A DNA stretch of 64,000 nucleotides, taken from positions 1,311,773 through 1,375,772 of the forward strand of contig BDGG01000010.1 of assembly GCA_001949185.1 (NCBI GenBank). Direction: 5' to 3'. The DNA is from Ramazzottius varieornatus (Eukaryota > Animalia > Tardigrada). The position numbers and the translations under genes were made by a program. This document shows positions 53,101-64,000 of the stretch, in pieces; the stretch's first letter is position 1, and the number at the start of each line of letters is the position of its first letter. The notes under the pieces are model-generated. The model saw only the letters and a program-made list of their open reading frames with translations. It did no database searches and was not told the DNA's origin.

Positions 53101-56100
53101 CCTCAAATTCTCACGGATGAAGAGCAGCCAGTCCCAAGGGATCACGGCTGCAGCAAAAAGGTTTTGATGATTTCAGTAGATTTACATAGCTTGCATGTGA
53201 CAAAAGACGGACGAACTGGACGCTATCGCTTTCACGCAACGGAGAACGTAATATCACACGCATCGAGCGGAAAAAGAGCCCATAAATCTGTCAGTATTTG
53301 TTATCGCCGGTTTTATGAATTGATGTTGGAAATGATCCCACTGCCCAAATCGTTTTTGAAGCACCACACGACACGCTACTGGAACAGCCACAAAGATAGC
53401 GGAAATAGGTTTATTATGTCGTTTCCCTACTTGGTCCAGAAATCGTCCGAACTATGTTGAATGGGTGTTTCTTGGAGGAACTTCCTCTTGAGTTAGTCTC
53501 AAACCCAGCTCATCGAAATTTCATCGCGGACGATCACTTGAACGCTCCTTACCTCTTGTATCAGTTCGGTCTCTTTTAGTTTGACCTCCCAGGGTTTCTG
53601 TATGTTTTCCAGGATGGTCTTTGATTCTGCATAACGAGCTTCGATATCTTTCCCCTGAAAGTATCGCCAGTAAGCGTCGGCGAAAAAGAAACTACAGTAA
53701 AAGGGTTGAAACATGGGCCTACTTTATGAGATAAGAGCTGCTTCCGCAGTATCTCGACTTCTTCACGCAATTCTCGAATGATCTTCGCATTAGGATCTTC
53801 ATTCACCACAGCATGGTTAACAATGCGCTTCGTCCGATTGGCATAATGGAGCGTTGAGAGCGTTTCTTCGTATTCATCGGCAGCGGCACTAATGGTCGCT
53901 ATCATAACCGTTCTGCTGTTGCCTCCCAGATTATCCTGAAAAAAATACCATCAGTATCTCTGGCATCTCCGGAAGACTTCCGGACAGCGTAAGAACTAAC
54001 CAACATACTTTTAGAAGCCACGTTAGAATCGAGTCTCGATAAGGAACGAAAACGCCTTTGGTTTTGCCGCTAGACTGATCAGCCAACGACGATATCACAA
54101 GACCGAGTGTTGTTAGAGACTTATTGATGTTGGAGCCTTCTTTCAGCCGATCGCCTTCCGCCCCAGTCTTCGCCGCTCTCTCACTTCCGGCCAAGTCAAC
54201 CAAGCTCATCTTACTGACTTTCTCCCCTCTGACACCGGACGCGAGGTCTTCTACAACTTGGGTCAGGAGTATTGTGAAGACCGCATGGGAGCGACTGCTT
54301 TCACTGTTCATATTGGTGGCAGCGACCGTCCTTACGCGGTTCCCGTCCGCCATTAGGATCTCGATATCCTAAACAAATTAGCTTGGGCGTTAATAGTGGT
54401 CAATTAGCGGGTCGTCACGTCAGTATTGTTGACCCAATTTGGAATGACTTACGTACCTCGAAAGACTCTACGGCTTCTACTGTCAGACCATCCACATACG
54501 GACCAAGGATGCTGTGTTCTCTGACTCTTAGACTCTGCTTCGTCCTGCAAGAAAAAGAAAATGATCTACCGAATATTCCGTTTCGTTGATTACCTATAGT
54601 ACTGTCCAGCTAACCCTCTGGGGTTGAGAAGATCGTAAACTTTCTCGTTGTAAATCTCCATATAAGAGACTTCCACTTTGTAGGAAGTGGTACTGCTTGG
54701 GTCGGTCTCGATTTGATGGAATAAACTTCTGCATAACCGAGGAATCACACCGGGTTGGTCGTTCGTTCCCATCATCGTATAGGACTTTCCAGAACCTAGA
54801 CAGCAGTCAGTTGATTAGGTTTTCTAGAGCAGCCGCATGGATAAATCACTTGGCACGAAAGTGCAGCGCCACCTAGCGTAGTACCTGTTTGACCATAGGC
54901 AAATATGCAGGCGTTGTATCCTTGAAAGGCATTCTCCAGGACTCCTCTTCCCACTGCCTCGAATACATCGTCTTGATCTTAAAACATGAAAACAGTGATA
55001 AAATGTCCTTAGAACTAGGCCACAAGATTCATGTAACCTCCGGAACGACGGAGCTCTTTCTGGGGAACGTACGGAAATTTTGAAAGGAAATTCCGACGTA
55101 CCTGCGAAATGCGGGTCGTCTTTTCGGCATGACCAGAAGCAGTGGTCGAAAGCGAAGTTTTTCTGGTGTTTTCTGCACAACAGAACAAACGTATGTAGGA
55201 ATGTAATCTTGTGGGTCGCATATATCTGCTAGGGAATGTTATCGAATGAAAATGGGTCGCGGTTGCTTGAGCTTATTATTTATGCATGAGAGCGAACTGA
55301 ACCCGCTATGGTATTGTGCCTAATTGATGAATTGTTTGAAGATATGACGGGAAGCTGTCTAATGTTATTCACATCATGCTAATGGACAGCGGTCATCAAG
55401 CAAAGTGGAGAGAAGATGAGTGACGCGCTGCTTCTGACCTGCCACTGACGGAAATATCATCCGGCGTCTAGTGGACATATCCCCAGCTGTGTCCTTGCAT
55501 ATTAATGCGCCGGCTTTCCGTGATCTGGATCGATCGAAACTTAATTTCACTGGCTGCACTGCATCCATCATGATTCATGGATTACTGTCTATTCGAGCAA
55601 GGGCTACGGCTTTTGAAGACACCAAAACTACACTGGAAATTACAACTCTTCAGTTACACTTTTCGCTCCATAAAACCCTGGCTGCACCTCCCACTGCGAC
55701 GCTGTCCCGTTCTGTCAAGCCGGTCAGCTGGGCGGGACTACAAACTCATTTCAAGGAGGAAGGACAAGCCTAGATTGAGCCGAAACATGGTACAATTTGG
55801 GTGCCAGTTTTTATCACAGACTTTACGGTCCGCGGCATTTCCGGAGCAAGTCAAGTGTACATGCACGATCTTCCTGCAAATTGCAAATCTGTAAGGCTAT
55901 GACAAACCTCGCGGGAGAGATATACAGGATATTTCATAATGATTGATGCAGAGCCGGGAACGGCTTGAAACATAAACGTATCTTCGTCGGAAAACCTTAA
56001 TTCATGGAAAAGAAGACCTGACCCTGATCAAATCGCGCACAGTAGGCCGGAAAATTATAGTTTATCCTGAAGACCAAAGCAGACTTTCCCGGTTAGACGA

Positions 56101-59100
56101 TAGGTACTAGGGCTTTCGGGGAATCCTGATGGAAGCCTCAAGGACAGCACGTTTATCCAAAAACACAATTTGTGCTGACTAGGCTTCATCTCCGGGTCGT
56201 CGGTTTCTCCGCTGCGAGATGATCAGCTCGCTGCTGATGATACCATTTAATTTCTTTTGATCCAGTATCATTTGCTTGTCAAATGCACAGAGCGACTGTA
56301 AGTTCTATCCATGCAATGGCGTATTGATTTTGCTCGTTGACGATCGGATTCCCATTTTTTTGGGACGATGTCCAGCTACAAATCCAAATTTATAGCCGGA
56401 TGTGTTTTTTGGAGGGGAGACAGCCCATCAGATAGCCATTAAATGCCAAAGCACAAAATGATTATACTCGATGTCGCAACACAAAAAACGCTCATAACCA
56501 ACTGTAAACATTTAAACATTCTTCGGTAAACGTCCGAGTTTTGAAAGTCAAATAAAGGCCGAGGACAGAAGCGCTGTGTCAAGACGCTTGTCCACCAAAC
56601 AACACTCTACATAGTACAAATCTATTTTCAAATATTATATCCTAATAGGATTCCGGACAAACCATGTAAAGCAAAGCCGAGTCGTTTTCACATCTTTTTG
56701 ACGGTAGTATTTGGAGGTTTCTAGAAAGTATCTTTGTGTGGTACCATATTACTGAAAAATTTGTGGGGTAGTATATTCTGCATGGAGCAGAAAGGATCCA
56801 GGCGAAAAAACCTGACCATACCACTAAGCCCAACTAGAGTGTTTGCTCGCCACAAAATCCTCGCTTAGATCGCTTCCGCCACTTCCGCAATGGCAAGTAT
56901 TCTCAAGGGACGTGGAACTCCAATATCGTAAAGTTGTACTTCATCCACTTCCATGACGTGTTCTCCGCGACAGAACGTCGATCCCTGACTAATTTAATTT
57001 TCCACTCAATAACTATCATGCTTTGCCTATTCACAATGAAAACACATTCTTAAGCAAAAATTTCAAGTGCCTGTTTTTAGGGCGTAATTTACATGACCAC
57101 CGCTGACTTCATTAAGATAGCTCAAGCTGGTCGCCGTTATTTTCATGTGGTCATAGATAAACAAGACCCAGTTCCACGTTGGATTTTCGTAGCAGCGACA
57201 TCTTCCAGGTCACGGAAAAAGTTTGCACAGACCATCGCACCCCTGCATACTCAAACACGGACAAACCAAATGATTCATGTGTCTATAAGTCTATGTCTCG
57301 TCGACCCGTCATCCCCGTCACGAACCTGCATACAAAACGATAATACGAGCGTTGTTCAATTGTCTGAGTAAGTCAGTGACGAACCTTCTGACTTCGTTTG
57401 ACCGACTTTCTACCACGGACAAACGACGGGATCAGCATCCGCATCCGGAAGATGCCGATCCCTTCCTCGGTTGACCTCGTTGCCCAGTCACGATGAGCTA
57501 GCACAGAGAAACCTTACCAACAAGGGTCTTTTCCGCACTTGAAAGTCCTCTGAACGGCTACCGAACCAGCTTGGCCGTTGCGTCTGCGGCATGCTTGAGA
57601 AAAGGAAGAGCGGGATTACGCGCTGCCACAAGTAAACTGTACAAACACTCCACCATGAGTGTCGACCAATATGACCTTCTGGAGTGCCTTTGTGAGTTGC
57701 AATATCGATTTTTGTTACTCGCGCAATAACAATACTTTCACGCGGTCAATCAGCCATAAAACCTGAAATGCCGTAAAAGGATGCCGGAAAGCGACGAGAA
57801 TCCAAGCTGTCACCAGCACAATCGAGTCCTTCAAAGATGGTCGAAGTTTACGCTCACAGGATGTCATTTCGTCGGTCTACGCAGAATACTTCCGGTTATC
57901 ACAGCCGCGTGCGCGAGTCACGCGCTGTTTCCTAGCCTTGAACTTCTCGGTTTCTCGAAGGTCGTTCTTCGTTTTCGTGGTTCGATGCTGTGCATGTCTC
58001 GAGCTTTTCAAACGGACAACCGAGCCTAGTCTCATCAACCGAAAAGCAAGTTCACATCACTGGTCTATGTATACAGGACAGTGTTTCAAACCACATCAAA
58101 GTTATTCAAGTATGACTTCAGTCTATGCTTCGGTACAAAATCAATATTATCGAAGTATTCTACAGTCTAGAGGACCGTTGGTCATCTCCTGCACAGAGAC
58201 CTAATTATGCGGGATTTCATTTACAGTACACTGCATACAGTTCTATGCCATGAATAACATCATTGACACTGCGCGATGGGATTTCTCGCGTCGCACGCCA
58301 TCAATCCATTTCAAACAGTTCAGGGAGTTTTCCAGTCTCAAGTGGTGGTCACTTTGTTCGCAGAAGCGCCTGTCAGTTCTTAGACTTCCAATATGAATTT
58401 GAAACTGCGCTTAATACGGCGTCTCGGGTCCATGTGTGACTGACCCCTATACATAATGGTCCATTAATCACAACCGTAAATAGAGACCTATAACTTGACA
58501 GGAGCGAAATATAGCAAAGCCGGCACAAATTTATCAAGTCAAGATCCACTGATGCTGCTCATCTCGGTATCCAAGCGGAACAGCGTCTTGTTGGCATCAT
58601 AGCTCTCTTTCTCGTAAATTATTCCCACTGAGCTCAGACGCCAAAGCGACACCCGAAGCCGAAAGTACCACAAAAAATAACTTCACACCTCCTCGCCACG
58701 CAATTTAACGCCTCGCCTAACTGCACTCCGGCGGCCACACTCGATGCCTTCATTAAAACCTTTAACACACCAAAAATTCTTGAAAATTTTCACGCGCTGC
58801 CGCACTTCCATGTAGACATTCCGTCTGATTAAGCTTTTTCCGCATACCCTCCAAAAGCGTCAGCCAGAAGGTCTCCAGTGTGTTCAGAAGCTCGAAGAAC
58901 CATCGGGACACTATCGTGAGTGGTATAAAAATCTTTCACACGCGGAAAATAACGTATGTGATTTGGATTCACATATTATACTGTATTTCGGAAATTTCCG
59001 AACTTGTAGGGAAGGCTCAGAAGTGAGTTTCCTCAATGGCCCGGTATATCGGTGGCGTGGTCTGACATGTCTGTTATCCGGTTTTCAAATGTTGCTGACA

Positions 59101-62100
59101 CTGGGCAAGATGGCCTGTCATCACGGGGCAGTGGCATTATTTGATCATTTCCAGTTCCTGCTGCCCTAGCTGTGAGGAAGTCACAGCAGATTACCGTGAT
59201 GCCGCTTGTGTGACCTGGCGGGGGGCCTTTCTCTCCTCTCCGGCTTCTTTTACAAGCTGCAAACACCCTCACGTCCGCATCACCGCAACGACACGTTGTC
59301 TGAAACTGACCGCGCTTCTAAAGTTTCAAACTTTCCATATTGACCGCAGGCCAAAAATCGATACAATGTCTGACTACAATAACATCAAATTACTATCTGA
59401 ACGCTGGACGAAACCCAACATTACATAATTAAGCCATATTATGTTCGACAAACACAATCGCGTCCTTGAAATGGAACTATCTGTTTTGGTCTTGTCTCCA
59501 TTTTCCATAGGCCGAACTTCCGGCAGACCTTCGGAAAGGGACCATTGACGATTTCAACAGAGAGAACAATCGTGAAGCTTTCTGAAAGGCTTCGCATATA
59601 CCCTGGAAAACCGTAGGAAGAACTTTCAGGTTCTTCGGAAAGTAGAGACCCACATCAAACTGACGGTTTACGCTCCGTGCGAAAGGATCGCTTCTGATTA
59701 CAACGGGAACCGAGTACTTCCTATGGTTTCCTTGCAAGGAATAATGATGATAGATAAGGTCGCGGGTCAAATGCTTACTTATCTTTCTTTCGAGGATTTG
59801 CAGCGTGAGGCAGATACCCGACCACATGCCAGTGTTGTTCTGATATGGCTTTACAAATAGACATTTCTTTTGCTATCTGGAAAAGCCGTATCTCATTTGC
59901 TTGACCATTTAGTCGCAGACCTCGCTTCGACGCCTTTCCAACTTTTTATCTGTCTTTTTCCATCCTTTGCTGCCAAAAGTGAAAGCGACGTACATTGAGA
60001 CAAATCAGTCATGCATAAAGGCCCTGAAGTATCAAGAGCGAGTATCGCTCTCAGCAAAGCGGAAAGCCAAATTACCAAAGCAAGAATGAAAGCTGATCCA
60101 TAATGCCGGTTTTGTCAAGTGGACCAAGAGCTTAGACGCAGAAGAGCTCCTCGCATCTCACTGAACCGTCTGCCGGCTGACGTCCGGTATAAGTTCTCTC
60201 AAAAAGTTCCCCGCGGACATACGGCGAAAACTGGGTGTTTTTCCAACTTTTCCCGTATAAATAATATCGTCGTAAAGCGAACATATTACTCCTTCGAAAT
60301 TTATTACCTTATTATGCAGCCGTAAGACGTCTGGTAGAGGAGAAAGATTCACAGTGAGTAAAGGAGGAAGCTGATAAAAGCTGACACTTGACAACAAGGT
60401 TTCATGGTCGGACTGGTCACCACAGACCTAATCCATGCTCTCATATCTCAAGCCCACACATGATGTAATCGCGGTTTCTACCAGGCCAAGCTACGCACGA
60501 CTACCTCATACGGCGCATGCATGACGTCATTACACGTCCAAGAGCGAGAGGTGTTTTGTCCTTGTTTCCAGCAGTGCTTTTAGGGTGGATAGCTTTTTAT
60601 GATACGAACTGGCTAAAGTCGAAATTAACATCAGGCGTGCATACATAAACAAACTCACTTTCGCACGTAAGCAAGTGCTTCACCTGTCACAATGATTTTT
60701 CGAGCACTTTTGCGGCGCCTAAACACACACGGTGGACCGATGGGCGAATGTATCACGACCTGAGGCAGTTCGCCGTCGAGTGGGTTTTGCCGGCAGCGGA
60801 ATTTTTTTCTTTTTGGACATTAGTTTTGGTATGAGATTAACAAACTGGAAGTGTCTTGAGTAAAATGATTCAATTTAGTCTGGAAGGAGAAAGGTCGATA
60901 CCGCATAATCATGGCGCCGTCTGGCCCGTCAACTGGTTCCTCAACCCTCAATTTAGTTTTTGAGGGGAAGCTCTTTGTTCATCAATCTGACTTGGTAATT
61001 CTGGACAAGATACAACAGCCACTGTGTAATCGGCAGAGCGTGTCCATCTCTTCCCCTTTTCTCGATCCTATCCCTTCATTTCTTCGCGTTCCACACATTC
61101 GCTGGAAGAATATTGATTTGATTGTATCGGCCATACACAAGGAGCGCGCCATTTACTTCCGTGTCTTTTTCCAGTTTCCCTTTCCCCTCTAGACGTTCAC
61201 GAACAAGAGTCCCGTTGAGTCAGATCGACGTTCAACATCTCCCGCAGGCTAGCTTGTTCAGTCATTTGCTACACAATTACTGCGGGATTAAACCAGCAAA
61301 TCACACTGTGCCTCCATCATCCTCTCGGGTCCCTCAAAGACGACGACCCAGCATGACGACATAAGGAGAAAAACTTGGAGAGGAAGTGCCGTAGCATTTC
61401 AAGAGGAATGAACTCTCCACTTCCTTCCTACGCATTGCCGACTGCTTTCGCCGAGCATCCAGCCGTTCCCTAACCCAGAAAACGCGTCCATGAATCAAGA
61501 AAGGACTTCAGAATCCCCCTACTCGATGCTGTAATCCACCGAAGCGACCACTCACACAAAATTCTCATCCTAGCTTATCCACACTAAAGTAGTCCCAGCT
61601 GCTGAGCTTTGCCTAACATCAACAGAAGTAAAAAACTTGTACAACAGGTAGAGAAAAACCATGCAGAATCACACGGAAGCTGACGTGATGGGCTGTGACG
61701 GCTTTCCTTCGCATTTACTTGATTGTCTTCACCAGACAGGACATTAGCGGCATTATCTTCTCCTTTCCGCGGATGAAGCTTGTTGATCCCAGCTGGAAAT
61801 ATCCCTGCTATCAGACGAAGCTGACACTTCGGGGTGTCTGTGAACGGGAAGAGACCGGTCAGCCAAGAGTTGGTGATGTCCTGAGCTAACATGCAACTGA
61901 TGAAATGTCACAACGAAAGGAGAAGCTCGATTAGCAATTACGACCAGCTGCAACCAGGAAGATTTCTGAGTAATCCATTTGAAGCCATCAGTAACCCTTA
62001 AATTTGCCATGTTCAAACAAGGAGCAGTCGCACCACAAGGCGCAACATTATAACGCTGACGCGTAACACACAACATTAGCAATATCACGCCAAATGCTAC

Positions 62101-63002
62101 CAGTAAAGCCCCTTCATCGCTTCCTCAGGAAATCTCTCCGGCTACGGTCGTCATCGCTCCTTTGAAATACGGGGAAGTCAACTGTCTGCATTTCGCAGAG
62201 ACGCTTCCTTCAACACCGCCCAGTCTACGTCTATCCTCAACGAAACACCAACAAACAAGGCATAGAACATATAGTGTGCGGAACATACGTAAACCAATAA
62301 ATATTTTTAAAAATATGATTATTAAATTTAATTTCCCAACCGCGCCTAAAATACAATTATTTTCGTCCCTGAATATTCTTACTTGTCTAATGAATGACCG
62401 TCGTTTGGGCTGTTGTTAGCATAACGAGGGTCGTACAGGATGGTTTGATCTCTCTTCATCTCGACGACACATTTGGCCGATAAATGGAGCTCTGTAAACG
62501 AAGAATAGAATTGTCAAGATAAGACAATGGCGTGGCTGGAATGCTTCGAACGCACAGCCAGGGACCGCTTCCAACGGCGTTGTCTCGTGAAGCAATTGTA
62601 GTCAAATCAAGCGAAAACGAGCAATTCCAATTTATGGCCTCAGTAACTGTCAGTTGCGTCAACACTAGTTAGCCCTTTTTTCCTTCTCTCCAGAGCTACC
62701 CACTTCGACAAGAACCACCGGAAATTGGTATGATTAGAGCTCGAAAAAAGACTTCACTTTTGATTTCAAGGATGAAAACCATTCTATATTGAACATTCGC
62801 CATATACGTCACCCCAAATGATTTCGAAGCCTGGTTCTTCAGTCCATTCTGTGAAAAACTTTGGTGCTGTTGTGCTTCATTTCTATCTAGGTAATTGCTC
62901 ATAATTCTTAAGTCATCATAGATGCGAAACTTTATACTTTGGTGCCTCACCTCGTGCATTAAGTGGCCGTACACGGACAGCCACTTTCACCTTGTCTCCC
63001 AT
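47104..63002 (-). CDS. KIF13B: Kinesin-3 motor KIF13/Khc-73 (motor, FHA, DUF3694, CAP-Gly)
   Basis: Exon 62951-63002 [17 protein letters not shown], exon 62383-62491, 7.2-kb intron 55173-62382, [51 protein letters not shown] (FHA region), [10 protein letters not shown]-terminal CAP-Gly [23 protein letters not shown]. Confidence 0.96.
57241..57333. repeat. Degenerate family-2 arms, two left arms 83 bp apart (KIF13 large intron)
   Basis: CCCTGCATAC (57241) and GAACCTGCATAC (57322). The right arms match only weakly. Confidence 0.4.
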
Positions 63003-64000
63003 TTCAATCGACAGGTTGTGGCGCTTGTTAGTTCAAAAGGTATCGGTGTGCGTGCTTGAGGGCAAACGAGAAATCTGGTCCAATGGTTAATCCAGCAAAG
63101 CCCAATAACAGCTCATATTTCTAACAGTAATTCCCAATTTATCGGCTGATAATGGCCCGATACATGGCTTGGCAGGTGTACCGCGCTTGCTGCTGTAACA
63201 TTCCTTCACCTCCTGAAAAGTAAATATATGCCGTAAGGTTTGATGAGCTATAATTCGAGCGATGAGCAACCCTATATACTTTAAGCTGAACTCCGTCCCG
63301 GACAGACTTATCCCAACCCAATGTTGATAGTTGATATACGTACCAGAGTAGAACAATCCAGTCTCTTGCTCCGATGCGGCTTCGATTTTGTTAATACATC
63401 GAAAAGACTGATTACAGCAGCCACCGCCACCAATCTCGATCCGTGATATAGACTGTAGAGAAGGAATGTAGTGCGCGACGGATATAAGCAAGGCAGCGTC
63501 AAGTTGCGAAACCGGCTTTTGGGCTGTACGTCCACCCAATCGACGAGAGAGCTAACAAAAGAGAGATGAGACCATTGGTTAAAAGCGGCGGATTTAAACG
63601 AGAGGAAGCATCTCCGCTTACCCATGAATCCGGGCAATGCGTGCAATATGTGCATGTAAGTACAGTAGTACGTACCGTGCTAATCCGATCTTCCCCACTT
63701 TTCAATTGTTGCTATATTGAAGGTCCGTATCCTGGATATCAAAAACCCTCCGACAAACTCCTGTTATTCCTTAGTCAACCACCTGTAAGAAACAGACACG
63801 GAAAAGTCAGAAAGCAAAAGATCGCGACGGCAGGTCGGGCAGGACATTAACAGACAATGAGACGTACGGCGCGTACCTCTTTTATGCCTGTGAAGGGCAA
63901 ACCCAGAGAAGCTTCTGATCCGACAACTGAGAGGAAGTCATCCGAAAAAATCGAGCATAATTATGAGCGTAGGACAAAATAGGAGACACGGATACTGGCT

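Noticed and set aside
54818-54878. Possible very degenerate family-1 copy in a short KIF13 intron
   Set aside because: Only GCGCCAC and a weak left arm match, which is not distinguishable from chance by eye.

Overview
Eukaryotic (invertebrate metazoan) genomic DNA from a gene-dense genome with mostly 55-100 nt GT-AG introns. The style suggests a compact ecdysozoan such as a eutardigrade, but this is an inference I cannot verify. Ten complete protein genes were reconstructed by eye from the ORF track plus splice sites: Top2 (+), a secreted six-VWFC tenectin-like mucin (+), BAF (+), a CFAP157 homolog with a long acidic N-terminal extension (-), a DUF3105 protein (+), AATF/Bfr2 (+), the ASAP-type ArfGAP (+), PABPC (-), RPL6 (+) and KIF13/Khc-73 (-). 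The most striking unexplained structure is two families of fixed-spacing palindromic elements found in introns. Family 1 is ..TTTTCCCAAGTGGCGCAC-N25-GTGCGCCACTTGGGAAAA.. (12 units at 9 loci, sometimes as 80-82 bp tandem dimers). Family 2 is ACCTGCATAC-N29-31-GTATGCAGGT (4 complete copies plus one degenerate locus). Together they account for every enlarged Top2 intron, and family 1 was not seen in the two multi-kb introns or in intergenic DNA. Other notable items: an unrecognised ~12-aa protein repeat (hydrophobic-[DE]-P-x5-6-hydrophobic-E-G, about 15 copies) in the VWFC protein, two further MITE-like inverted repeats, structured PABP introns, an A-rich PABP leader, a candidate alternative first exon of ASAP and a 50-N assembly gap. 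All coordinates were read manually and repeat edges are approximate.
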